NCBI GenBank assembly: GCA_028713125.1
Contig: JAQTOU010000001.1
Location: forward strand, 78,273 to 142,272
Origin: Elusimicrobiales bacterium
GTDB taxonomy: Bacteria > Elusimicrobiota > Elusimicrobia > Elusimicrobiales > UBA9959
Direction: 5' to 3'
Length of the DNA stretch: 64,000 nucleotides
Notes under the pieces: generated by a model
Seen by the model: only the letters and a program-made list of their open reading frames with translations
Database searches by the model: none
Told to the model about the DNA's origin: nothing
Made by a program: the position numbers and the translations under genes
Part shown: piece after piece, positions 1-8,933 of the stretch
Layout of the letters: every line of letters starts with the position of its first letter
Position numbering within the stretch: position 1 is the stretch's first letter

Positions 1-135
1 GCATAAAACGAGCTAACGCATGAATTGAGTGGAGGGGTGGCAAGGGTATGGGTTCGGAGCGACCTCTCGGGATGGAGCGAAGCGACAGTTCTGCGCCCCG
101 ACTTCGCATCTCGCGGTCTTAATTAGGCTCGGGAC

Positions 136-1341
136 TCAATTGTTCAGGCGGGAGTCGATTATCCATTTGGTGAAGGGGAAGCTGCCGGTGAAGGCGGGGC
201 TGACGGCGTTGAGGACGTGGGTGCTGGCTTTGTCGCCTTCGACGACGAAGTCCTGGACGAGCTCCAGGTTTTTGGTGTTCAGGAGCTGGGCGCGGATGCC
301 GGGTCTGGTCCATTCGTTGAGGCCGTCGGCGTCGAGTTTTTTTACCAGTTTCTGACCGAGGCCGACGAAAAAGGGTTTGTAGTATTTCCGCATCTCCTCG
401 AAGGCCAGGCTTCTGAAGCCGAAGGAATTTTTCAGGAAAAGGAGGGCTTCGTAGCTTCCCGCTTCCAAGAGCTCACGGAGCTTGAAGTTGTCCAGGCCCT
501 CGTAGTTCTCGCGCCAGAAGGCCGGGATGGCCGTCGGGCCCAGTTTGACGTGGCCGTCTACCGTGACCGTGTAGTGGACGCCGAGAAAAGGGTTCTTCAG
601 GTTAGGGACCGGGTAGACATTTACCTTGAGCGGGGCTGCCTCGCCGGTGTACTTCAGATATATGCCTTTGAAAGGGATGATCACATAATCTTTGGAATAG
701 CCGAAATCGCGGGCTATTTTGTCGGCGTAAAGCCCGGCGGCATTGATCAGGTGTCCGGCTTTGATAAGGCGGCCCTTGGTGGTTTTGACGGTATTCTCTC
801 CGGAGAGTTCCAGGTATCCTTCTTCGAAGAAGATCCGGGCACCGGATTTTAAGAGCTGGTTCTTTATGCTGGTGTTGACTTCCACGGGGTCGACGGTGGC
901 GGTCGACGGGGAGTAAAGCGCTTTTTGGAAGGTCCTGGCATTGGGCTCTATCGTCGCCAGCTCCTTCTCGTCTATCAGCCGCACGTCCACGCCGTTGGCC
1001 TTGCCGCGCTTCTCAAGTTCGTAAAGGGCTTTGAGTTCCGTCTCGTCGGAGGCCACTACCACCTTCCCGCATTCGTTCAGGGCCAGGCCGTTCTCCCTGC
1101 AGTACTTCTTCATCGCCGCGTTCCCTTCTCTGGTGAAGCGGGCCTTCAGCGAGTTAGCCGTGTAATAAAAGCCGGCGTGGAGCACGCCGCTGTTGCGCCC
1201 GCTGCTGTGCCTGGCTACGTCGGGCTCCTTCTCTAGCAGCAGGATCTTTTTGCCGGGATATCTCTCCCGCAGCTGGCGGGCCAGAGTAAGCCCTATTATC
1301 CCCGCGCCTATGATAAGGTAGTCGGCTCTTTCAGTCTGCAT
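136..1341 (-). CDS. lhgO: FAD-dependent oxidoreductase, L-2-hydroxyglutarate oxidase (LhgO/YgaF)-like
   Basis: 401-aa ORF. N-terminal dinucleotide fold DYLIIGAGIIGLT..LLLEKE and GRNSGVLHAG motif. The start overlaps the upstream ABC gene by 11 nt. Confidence 0.7.
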   Translation of the reverse strand: MQTERADYLIIGAGIIGLTLARQLRERYPGKKILLLEKEPDVARHSSGRNSGVLHAGFYYTANSLKARFTREGNAAMKKYCRENGLALNECGKVVVASDETELKALYELEKRGKANGVDVRLIDEKELATIEPNARTFQKALYSPSTATVDPVEVNTSIKNQLLKSGARIFFEEGYLELSGENTVKTTKGRLIKAGHLINAAGLYADKIARDFGYSKDYVIIPFKGIYLKYTGEAAPLKVNVYPVPNLKNPFLGVHYTVTVDGHVKLGPTAIPAFWRENYEGLDNFKLRELLEAGSYEALLFLKNSFGFRSLAFEEMRKYYKPFFVGLGQKLVKKLDADGLNEWTRPGIRAQLLNTKNLELVQDFVVEGDKASTHVLNAVSPAFTGSFPFTKWIIDSRLNN

Positions 1342-3100
1342 TCTTCACCGCCCCCCCGCCCAGCTCTTCTTTCAGCTTCTGGCGCTCGTAGATCTGTTTG
1401 TAGACGCCGTTGCGCGCCATCAGTTCGGCGTGTGTCCCTTTCTCCGCCAGGCCCCCGTTCTCAATGACCAGGATCAGGTCCGAGGTCTCGATGGTTTTCA
1501 GGCGGTGCGTGACGGCCAGGCAGAGCGCGTCCGGGGGCTCCTTGCGGAAAGCCTTCCAGAAATGGTCCTCGGTCTGGGCGTCCATGGCGCTGGTGGCGTC
1601 GTCGAGCAGCAGCACGTCGGGTTCGGTCAGCAGCGCGCGGGCGATGGCTACCCGCTGCTTCTGGCCTCCGGAAAGGGCGAAGCCGCGCGTGCCTACTACG
1701 GTATCCAGGCCTTTAGGGAATTTGTCCAGCTCTTTGGCGAGCTGCGCTGTCTCCAGGGCCTTCTCAAGCATTCCCGGCTTTACTCCGAAAGTGCGGTCCA
1801 TCAGGATATTGTCGCGCAGCGTCCCGCTGAATATGGACGCCTCCTGCGAGGTATAGCCTACGCGCTCCCTGAAAAGCTGCAGGTTCCATTCGCGGATGTC
1901 CGTGCCGTTGACCAGCATCTCGCCCGCGTCGTGCTCGGCCAGGCGCAGCGCCAGCGACAGCAGGGTGGACTTGCCGCAGCCGATCCTGCCGACCACGGCC
2001 ACGCGCTGGCCGCGGACGGCCGTAAAGGTTATATCCCGGATAAGCATGGCGTCGCCCTTGGGGTTCTTCAGGCCGGCCCCGCGGAATTCCAGCGAAGTTA
2101 TATGGCCCGGGGTGGTTTTGTCCCCAAGCCCCGACTTCAGCGAAGAGCGCGCCGTCAGCAGCTCGTTGACGCGCCCTATGGAAACGCCGGCGCGGTTGCC
2201 GGCCACGACGAACTGGCTGATGTCCATCAGGGGCTGCACCACCATGCCGGCGTAGAACTGGAAAGCGATCAGCTCGCCCAGCGTGGCGCGGCCGTTTATC
2301 ACCATCAAGCCGCCCGCGGTGTAGAGCAGCGCGATGGAGATGAAACCGGCCTCGTGCCAGAAGTAGGAGAAGATGATCTGCAGCTTGGCGGTGGAGATCT
2401 CGGCGGCGCTCTGGGCGGCGGTCCTGGTCTTGAAGAACTCCAACTGGGAGGGCTCTTTGGCGTTGGCCTTGATGACGCGGATGCCGGTAAAGCAGGTCTC
2501 CAGGAAGTCGAAGAGGTTGGTGATCGAATCCTGCAGCTCCTTGTACCTGCCGGTGAGCAGCCGCCCGGTCTTTATGGAGAAAACCAGCACGAACGGCAGC
2601 GGCAGCAGGACGCAGAGCGAGAAGGCCGGGTTCACATAGAACATCATCCCCACGGCCGCCGTCAGCGTAAAGCAGGCCTGGACGAAGCGGAAGACGCCGG
2701 AGCAGCCGAACCAGGAGATCTTTTCGGATATATCGTCAGAGAGGCGGGCCACCAGGTCGCCGGTGGTGAAGCGGTGGAAGAAGTTGCGGTCCATTTTGAC
2801 GACGTGGTCGAACGCGTCGCGGCGGATCTCCCACTCGAGGCGGACGTTCATCCACGCCCTGTTGCGCTGCGCTATAAGGTTGGTCGCGAACAGCCCGAAG
2901 CCGACGCCGATGATCAGCAGCACGTTATGGCGGAGGTACTCCGGGTCCGGGCTGCCGGAGAGGCCGTTGATGATGTTCTTTATCAGCAGCGGGTTGTAGG
3001 CGTGCAGCGCGGCGCTCAGCATGCCGAAAACCACGATGACGGTCATGCGCACGGCGTGCCGGCGCCAGTACGGGAGCAGCCATCTCAGGGTAAAGATCAT
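1331..3100 (-). CDS. ABC exporter, fused permease/ATPase subunit
   Basis: 589 aa. N-terminal multi-TM domain and C-terminal NBD with Walker A GRIGCGKST, signature LSGGQKQR and Walker B LLLDDATS. Confidence 0.85.
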   Translation of the reverse strand: MIFTLRWLLPYWRRHAVRMTVIVVFGMLSAALHAYNPLLIKNIINGLSGSPDPEYLRHNVLLIIGVGFGLFATNLIAQRNRAWMNVRLEWEIRRDAFDHVVKMDRNFFHRFTTGDLVARLSDDISEKISWFGCSGVFRFVQACFTLTAAVGMMFYVNPAFSLCVLLPLPFVLVFSIKTGRLLTGRYKELQDSITNLFDFLETCFTGIRVIKANAKEPSQLEFFKTRTAAQSAAEISTAKLQIIFSYFWHEAGFISIALLYTAGGLMVINGRATLGELIAFQFYAGMVVQPLMDISQFVVAGNRAGVSIGRVNELLTARSSLKSGLGDKTTPGHITSLEFRGAGLKNPKGDAMLIRDITFTAVRGQRVAVVGRIGCGKSTLLSLALRLAEHDAGEMLVNGTDIREWNLQLFRERVGYTSQEASIFSGTLRDNILMDRTFGVKPGMLEKALETAQLAKELDKFPKGLDTVVGTRGFALSGGQKQRVAIARALLTEPDVLLLDDATSAMDAQTEDHFWKAFRKEPPDALCLAVTHRLKTIETSDLILVIENGGLAEKGTHAELMARNGVYKQIYERQKLKEELGGGAVKNAD

Positions 3101-4875
3101 TCGCCCTCCCCGGACTGCAGGCGGTGGTATTTGGCGTAGAGCCCGCCTTTGGCGAGCAGCTCGTCGTGCGTGCCGAGCTCCTTGACCTCGCCGCCGGAGA
3201 TCATCATGACCCGGTCGGCGTTCCTTACCGTGGACAGCCGGTGCGCTATGATTATGACGGTCTTATGCTTGAGCAGGTTCTTGATGGCCGTGGTGATCAG
3301 GCGCTCGGTATGCGGGTCCATGTTCGAGGTCGCCTCGTCGAGCACCAGCACCTCCTGGTCCAGCACCATCGCGCGCGCAAGCGAGATAACCTGTTTTTCG
3401 CCGATGGAGAGGTTGGCCCCCTTCTCCTTTACTACCTTGTCGAGAGGATGCTTCTTGAAGAAGGTCTCTATGCCCATCAGCCTGATGGCGTCATGCACGC
3501 GGCTGTCGGGGATAGAGGCGTCCATCAGCTTCAGGTTCTCCATCACCGTGCCGGGGAAAAGGTAGATGTCCTGCTGCACCAGGCCTATGGCCGCGCGCAG
3601 CGAGCCCAGGCTGAGCGTGCGGATGTCGGTGCCGTCTATCTCGATATGCCCCTTCTGGAAATCGTAGAAGCGGAACAGCAGGCTGGTCACCGTGGTCTTG
3701 CCGCCGCCGGTCTCTCCGAGGATGGCCAGGCTTTTGCCGCGCGGCAGCGTGAAGGAGACGTCCTTGAGCACCCAGCCCGCCTCCTCCTTATAGCGCATCC
3801 AGACATTGCGGAAATCTATGGATTCGCGGACGCTGGTCAGGTAATGGGGCTGGGCCGGCTCGGTCAGGGCCGGTCTGAGCTCGAGTATCTTCGCTATCCT
3901 GTGCCCGGCCGAGAAGGAGCGCTGTATGATGCTCAGATGCTCGGAGAAGCGGAAGATGGGGTCGAAGAGGTTTCCGAGGTACATGACGAACAGCAGGATG
4001 ACGCCCACCGTCATCTTGCCGTCCAGCACCATTCTGCCGCCGTAGTGGAAGACGGCCGCGGTGGCCGCCGGGTGCAGGAATACGATGCTGAGGAAGAAGA
4101 CCACCGTGTATAGCTCGACGCTTATGTCCGCGGTGAACCTCCTCTGGTTCAGCGCCTCCATCTTGGCCGAAGCGTCCTCCTCGCGGCTGAAAGCCTGCAG
4201 GACCCCGATGCCGTTGAGCTGCTCCGTCAGGAAACCGGGGATCTCCGCGGCGATCTTGCGGACCTTGACGAACATGGGCGAGGTGACCTTCACGAAGACC
4301 CAGCCTAAGAGCCCCAGCACCGGGAACATCGGTATCAGCATCAGCGTAAGCTTGAGGTTGAAGAATGCCATCACGCAGAAGACCACCGCGAACATCAATA
4401 TGTCGTTGACGATGGTGATGACGGTGTTGGTGAAGAGGGCGTAAAGCGTGCTGGTATCAGACTGCACCCGCGCGTTAAGGCGGCCGACGGGCATGGAAGA
4501 GTAGAACTCCAGGTCCAGGGAAAGGATGTGGGCGAGGATGCGCTGCTTCAGGTCCACTATCAGGTCCTGCCCTGCGCGGGCGAGCTTAAGCACCTGGAGA
4601 TAGTTGAAGTAGAGGAACAGCAGCGTCGTGAGGATATAGACCGCGGCGGCCAGCAGCAGCGCCCGCGGGTCCCTGGCCGGGATCGCCGTGTCTATCACGT
4701 ATTTTACTATGTAAGGGATAAAGAGGTTCAGCAGCGTGGCCGTGGTCATGTAGACGAAAGCGAGGAGAAACGGGCGCTTTCGCGTCTTTATCAGGCCGTA
4801 GAGGAGGCTGAATGTCGCCTTGTAGTTGATCTTCTCTTTCGGGTCCTGCCCGTCGTCGCCGAGCTCGTGGTGCAT
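3097..4875 (-). CDS. ABC exporter, fused permease/ATPase subunit (partner of 1331..3100)
   Basis: 592 aa. Walker A GETGGGKTT, signature LSIGEKQ, Walker B LVLDEATS. A 4-nt overlap with the downstream subunit suggests a heterodimeric exporter. Confidence 0.85.
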   Translation of the reverse strand: MHHELGDDGQDPKEKINYKATFSLLYGLIKTRKRPFLLAFVYMTTATLLNLFIPYIVKYVIDTAIPARDPRALLLAAAVYILTTLLFLYFNYLQVLKLARAGQDLIVDLKQRILAHILSLDLEFYSSMPVGRLNARVQSDTSTLYALFTNTVITIVNDILMFAVVFCVMAFFNLKLTLMLIPMFPVLGLLGWVFVKVTSPMFVKVRKIAAEIPGFLTEQLNGIGVLQAFSREEDASAKMEALNQRRFTADISVELYTVVFFLSIVFLHPAATAAVFHYGGRMVLDGKMTVGVILLFVMYLGNLFDPIFRFSEHLSIIQRSFSAGHRIAKILELRPALTEPAQPHYLTSVRESIDFRNVWMRYKEEAGWVLKDVSFTLPRGKSLAILGETGGGKTTVTSLLFRFYDFQKGHIEIDGTDIRTLSLGSLRAAIGLVQQDIYLFPGTVMENLKLMDASIPDSRVHDAIRLMGIETFFKKHPLDKVVKEKGANLSIGEKQVISLARAMVLDQEVLVLDEATSNMDPHTERLITTAIKNLLKHKTVIIIAHRLSTVRNADRVMMISGGEVKELGTHDELLAKGGLYAKYHRLQSGEGE

Positions 4876-4902
4876 AACTCTATTGTATAAATTAATGGAG
4901 GC

Positions 4903-4940
4903 GGAAAAGAAAAAGACCCGGTCTTGGCCGGGCCTTTTTC
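4903..4940 (-). terminator. Candidate intrinsic terminator after the oxidoreductase operon
   Basis: GC hairpin cccgg/ccggg (4917-4932, 6-nt loop). It is flanked by an A-run at 4905-4914 (the T-run on the minus strand) and by ttttt at 4935-4939. The stem is short. Confidence 0.45.
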
Positions 4941-4955
4941 TCGGTCTTCGCGCCC

Positions 4956-5495
4956 TCAGTTCAGTTTGAACTCGGCGCCGCGCTTAAGGGCTTTGACGTT
5001 AAGCTCTATTACTTCGGGCTTGAGCTTCTTGTACACCTTGGGCAGGGCCTTTGCGATGGCGTCTATGGTCATGGCCCCGGTAGCGGCGGCGAAGGCGCCG
5101 AGCGCCACCATGTTCATGATCTTTGCATTGCCCAGCTCTCCGGCTATCTCGTTGCAGGGTACATAAAGCACCTTAATGTCCTTGCGGGTCGCCTTTGAGT
5201 TCACCAGCGAGCTGTTTATTATCAGCAGGCCGCCCGGCTTTACCATCGGCTCGAACTTGGCCAGGGAAGGCTCGTTGAACACTATTACGGTGTCCGGCGT
5301 GGAAACTATCGGGGTTGAGACCTCGTCCGTGGCCACGACTACCGAGCAGTTGGCCGTGCCGCCGCGCATCTCGGCGCCGTAAGCCGGGAAGAAGCTGACT
5401 TCTTTTCCTTCCATCATGCCGGCCTGGGCCAGCAGATAGCCCGCGGAGATCACGCCCTGTCCGCCGAAACCGGATATCCTTATGCCTTGGTACAT
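4956..5495 (-). CDS. 2-oxoacid:ferredoxin oxidoreductase, gamma subunit
   Basis: 179 aa. N-terminal GFGGQGV motif. Last gene of a delta-alpha-beta-gamma cluster. Substrate (2-oxoglutarate, pyruvate or other) cannot be assigned from sequence. Confidence 0.85.
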   Translation of the reverse strand: MYQGIRISGFGGQGVISAGYLLAQAGMMEGKEVSFFPAYGAEMRGGTANCSVVVATDEVSTPIVSTPDTVIVFNEPSLAKFEPMVKPGGLLIINSSLVNSKATRKDIKVLYVPCNEIAGELGNAKIMNMVALGAFAAATGAMTIDAIAKALPKVYKKLKPEVIELNVKALKRGAEFKLN

Positions 5496-5510
5496 TTTAA
5501 AGTCCTCCGT

Positions 5511-6269
5511 TTATTTCTTCGCCGCGGAAGCGTCCTTGTAAACGCCCAGCGGGAATACCGGCAGCATGCCTTCGGCCACGAACTTCACGGCCTCCGAAGG
5601 GTTGTCCAGCCTGGTGCCCCAGTTGGTCGGGCACATTGAAAGGACCTCCACCATGGAGAAGCCTTTTCCGTCTATCTGGTTCTGGAAAGCCTTCTTAATA
5701 GCGGTCTTGGTCTTGATCACGCCCGGGACATTGTGGACCGTGGTGCGCTCGAGGTAGGTCGCCCCGTCGATAGTGGCCAGCATCTCGCACATCTTTATGG
5801 GGTAGCCCGACTGCTTGGCGGTGCGGCCTTCCTGGCAGGTCGTCGCTTTCTGGCCTATCAGCGTGGTCGGGGCCATCTGGCCGCCGGTCATGCCGTAGAT
5901 GGCGTTGTTCACGAAGATTACGGTTATGTTCTCCGAGCGGATGGCGGTATGGACTATCTCCGCCATGCCGATGGACGCCAGGTCGCCGTCGCCCTGGTAG
6001 GAGAACACGATGGTGTCCGGCTTGGCGCGCTTGATGCCGGTCGCTTCGGCGGGGCCGCGGCCGTGGGGGCCCTGGATCATGTCGCAGTTGAAGTAGGTGT
6101 CGGCGAAGACGGCGCAGCCCACCGGCGCCACGCCGATGGTGCGGTTGCGTATGCCCAGCTCGTCCATTACTTCCGCTATGATGCGGTGGATCGTGCCGTG
6201 GCCGCAGCCGGGGCAGTAATGCATCTTCACGTCCATCAGCGATTCGGGTCTTTTATTTTGCAGCTGCAT
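5511..6269 (-). CDS. 2-oxoacid:ferredoxin oxidoreductase, beta (TPP-binding) subunit
   Basis: 252 aa. CPGCGHG cysteine motif and TPP-binding YQGDGDLASIG..NNAIYGMTGGQ. Confidence 0.9.
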   Translation of the reverse strand: MQLQNKRPESLMDVKMHYCPGCGHGTIHRIIAEVMDELGIRNRTIGVAPVGCAVFADTYFNCDMIQGPHGRGPAEATGIKRAKPDTIVFSYQGDGDLASIGMAEIVHTAIRSENITVIFVNNAIYGMTGGQMAPTTLIGQKATTCQEGRTAKQSGYPIKMCEMLATIDGATYLERTTVHNVPGVIKTKTAIKKAFQNQIDGKGFSMVEVLSMCPTNWGTRLDNPSEAVKFVAEGMLPVFPLGVYKDASAAKK

Positions 6270-7341
6270 ATTCTTTGGCCCCCTTTTTTACGATGGCGTC
6301 CATGGTCTTGTAGACTTCTTCGGCGGTCATGACGGAGGCGCCGGGCTTGGCGTGGAGGTGGACTTCGGCGCGGCCGTTAAGCGCGAGCTGCACGTCCTCC
6401 ACCATCTGGCCCAGGCTCATCTCTACGGCCAGGAAATGCTTTATCCGCTTGGAGAGTTCCACCAGGCGGGCTTTAGGGAAGGGCCAGAGCGTGATCGGGC
6501 GGAACAGGCCCACTTTCAGGCCTTTCTCGCGCGCCAGCTTCATGGCGGCTACGGAGACGCGGGCCGAGATGCCGTAAGCCACTATGGCTATCTCGGCGTC
6601 TTCCAGCATCTTCTCCTCGTACATCACCTCGCTGGCCTCTATCTGCTTATAGCGCTTTACGCGCTCGTTGACCATCAGTTCCAGGAAGCCCTCGCGCAGG
6701 TCGTAGGACTTCGCTATCCGCTTCTCGCGGCCTTTGTTGACTCCTATGGCCCAGTTGGGTTCGGTCAGGGTCTTCGGGTCTATCTCAGGGGTGGTGAACT
6801 CGATCGGTTCCATCATCTGGCCGATCAGGCCGTCGGTGAGGACCATGGAGGGGATGCGGTATTTGAAGCCGACTTCGAAACACTTGTGAGGGAAGTTCCC
6901 CATCTCAGTGACGGAGTTCGGAGCCATTACGAAGGTGCGGTAGTCGCCGTGGCCGCCCCCTCGGGTGGCCTGCCAGTAGTCGCCCTGGGCGCCGGCTATA
7001 TTTCCCAGGCCGGGGCCGCCGCGCATAACGTTGCCGATGAAGATGGGCAGGTCCGCGCCGGCAGCGTAGGAGATGCCTTCCTGCTTCAGGCTCATGCCGG
7101 GGCTGGAGGAGGAGGTCATACAGCGCACGCCGGTGGCGGCGGCGCCATAGACCATGTTTATCGCCGAGACTTCGCTCTCGGACTGGATGAAAGCTCCGCC
7201 CGCCTGAGGGAGACGCCAGGACATATATTCCGGGATCTCGTTCTGCGGGGTTATCGGGTAGCCGGCGAAGAACCGGCAGCCGGCGCGCACGGCGCCTTCC
7301 GCCAGGGCTTCATTGCCTTTCATTAATTTTTTTTCAGCCAT
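6253..7341 (-). CDS. 2-oxoacid:ferredoxin oxidoreductase, alpha subunit
   Basis: 362 aa. N-terminus MKGNEALAEGAVRAGCRFFAGYPITP is typical of KorA/PorA-type alpha subunits. The 3' end overlaps the beta gene by 17 nt. Confidence 0.9.
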   Translation of the reverse strand: MAEKKLMKGNEALAEGAVRAGCRFFAGYPITPQNEIPEYMSWRLPQAGGAFIQSESEVSAINMVYGAAATGVRCMTSSSSPGMSLKQEGISYAAGADLPIFIGNVMRGGPGLGNIAGAQGDYWQATRGGGHGDYRTFVMAPNSVTEMGNFPHKCFEVGFKYRIPSMVLTDGLIGQMMEPIEFTTPEIDPKTLTEPNWAIGVNKGREKRIAKSYDLREGFLELMVNERVKRYKQIEASEVMYEEKMLEDAEIAIVAYGISARVSVAAMKLAREKGLKVGLFRPITLWPFPKARLVELSKRIKHFLAVEMSLGQMVEDVQLALNGRAEVHLHAKPGASVMTAEEVYKTMDAIVKKGAKEYAAAK

Positions 7342-7352
7342 GATGATGCTCC

Positions 7353-7556
7353 TTATTTATAGACCCGGATCGCCAGGTCGGGGCAGATGCGGGCGCAGCT
7401 CTGGCAGGCTATGCAGCAGCCTTCCTTCGAGTCCATGGCCGGGTAATAGCCGGTTTTGGAGAATTTATCGGATCTCTCGATGCACTTTTTCGGGCAGACC
7501 ACTATGCACAGATAGCAGCCCTTGCACTTATCTACGTCTACTTCCATCTTCGGCAT
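7353..7556 (-). CDS. 2-oxoacid:ferredoxin oxidoreductase, delta subunit (2x[4Fe-4S] ferredoxin)
   Basis: 67 aa with two CxxCxxCxxxCP motifs (CKGCYLCIVVCP, CIACQSCARICP). GGAGG RBS upstream. Confidence 0.85.
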   Translation of the reverse strand: MPKMEVDVDKCKGCYLCIVVCPKKCIERSDKFSKTGYYPAMDSKEGCCIACQSCARICPDLAIRVYK

Positions 7557-7679
7557 AGAACCTCCGGGATTTTTTCGAGGCGCGGCGGGCCGGCTTGGCG
7601 GGTGCTACGGGGATTGCTGCAGCTTCTGTCGGGCTGCCGGGGTCGCGCGTGGTGCGAAATGCTGTATAAAAAGTATATC

Positions 7680-7705
7680 AAAAATAGCCGGGCTTTTATA
7701 CCCGG
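7680..7705 (-). terminator. Weak candidate terminator after the glycosyltransferase gene
   Basis: 5-bp stem ccggg/cccgg (7688-7705, 8-nt loop). It is followed on the minus strand by cta+ttttt (7680-7687). The stem is short. Confidence 0.3.
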
Positions 7706-7736
7706 AAGAAGAAACAGTGGTTCTCCCGGCGGCGGG

Positions 7737-8933
7737 CTACTCCTGCGCGGCCTGCGCCGCTTTACCTAAGACCCTGGCGTAAAGCGCGAGCAGTTTTGCG
7801 TTCATGCTTTCCACCCCGAAGCGTGGAAATCCCGTTTCGTCGGGAGCGGCCGCCCAGGCCCTGGCGGCCAGGCTCATGCGCGCCCGCAGCTTTTGGGCAA
7901 GGATAAGCCTTTCAAGCGCGAAGGCCAGTTCCTCCGCGTCCCCGGGCTTTACCGCCAAACCGGTTTCCCCCTCTCTTATTACATCCGGGAGGCCGCAAAC
8001 ACGGCTTACCACAACTGGAAGTCCGAGCGCCTGCGCTTCGAGCGGCGCCCTGCCCATGGCTTCGTTGAGAGAGGGCTGCGCGTAGATATCAAGGGCCGCG
8101 AGCAGGGCTGCCGCGTCCTGGCGGAAGCCGGTGAATATTATCCGCCCCCCGACTCCGAGTTTCGCGGCGAGCTTGCGCAGCCCCGCTTCCAGCTCCCCCC
8201 CGCCTATTATCACAAATCGAAGTCTTGCCGCGGGAAGCCGCCTGTCAAGCAGCGCGGCCGCGCGGATGAGATATTCCACACCCTTCACCGGCTCCAGCCT
8301 TGCTATAGTTCCGATCGCGATCTCGTCAGCGGCGATATCCAGGTCCGCTTTCCGCGCCGGGACAGCCGGCGGCTTAAAGTCGACGCCGCTGTGGACCACC
8401 GTCCACTGTTCCGTCCTCCCGATCCCGGCGGCCGAGGACTCTTTCATTTCTCCGGGGGTAAGGGCGATAAAATGATCCGTAAAATTAGCCAGGAATCTTT
8501 CGGCCAGCTTGAAGATATAAGTTTTAAGCGCCCCGTAATAGCCATAGAGGAGATGCCCGTGAGGGGTGTGGATTATGACCGCCGGCTTCTGTGCGCCCAG
8601 GTTGGCCAGCGCCGCGGCCAGCCGTCCGAGCGCGCCGGCCTTTGAGGTGTGCGTGTGAACGATGTCGGGTCCGAGCCGGGCTATCTCTTTCTTCAGCTCA
8701 AGCAGCGCGCGAAGGTCCTTGGCGGCGCGGAGCTCGCGCTGCAGGTCCTGCACCTCCAGGCAGATCACCTCGGGCGGAAGGAGCTTGAGCAGCGTCCCGG
8801 AATCCTTGTGCGGCCCGGAGATCAGCACTACGTCGTAATCGCGGGTCTGGGCGGCGCAGGAATCTATCACGTTCCTGCTGGACCCGCCGGGCTCGAGCCT
8901 GGTGATGATATGGACGACAAGGGGTTTTGTCAC
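7737..8933 (-). CDS. GT4-family (GT-B fold) glycosyltransferase
   Basis: The conserved region starts at VTKPLVVHIITRLEPGGS. E-x7-E motif present (EAMGRAPLE). The proposed GTG start at 8933 forms a GTGA overlap with the upstream stop. The longer ATG ORF (to 9215) overlaps the yihY-like gene in another frame. Confidence 0.75.
   Translation of the reverse strand: MTKPLVVHIITRLEPGGSSRNVIDSCAAQTRDYDVVLISGPHKDSGTLLKLLPPEVICLEVQDLQRELRAAKDLRALLELKKEIARLGPDIVHTHTSKAGALGRLAAALANLGAQKPAVIIHTPHGHLLYGYYGALKTYIFKLAERFLANFTDHFIALTPGEMKESSAAGIGRTEQWTVVHSGVDFKPPAVPARKADLDIAADEIAIGTIARLEPVKGVEYLIRAAALLDRRLPAARLRFVIIGGGELEAGLRKLAAKLGVGGRIIFTGFRQDAAALLAALDIYAQPSLNEAMGRAPLEAQALGLPVVVSRVCGLPDVIREGETGLAVKPGDAEELAFALERLILAQKLRARMSLAARAWAAAPDETGFPRFGVESMNAKLLALYARVLGKAAQAAQE

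Noticed and set aside
1430-3139. A 569-aa plus-strand ORF antisense to the ABC exporter gene.
   Set aside because: It is Arg/Gly/Ala/His-rich low-complexity translation with no motif. It lies exactly antisense to a gene with clear Walker/ABC signature motifs. This is a typical high-GC antisense artefact.
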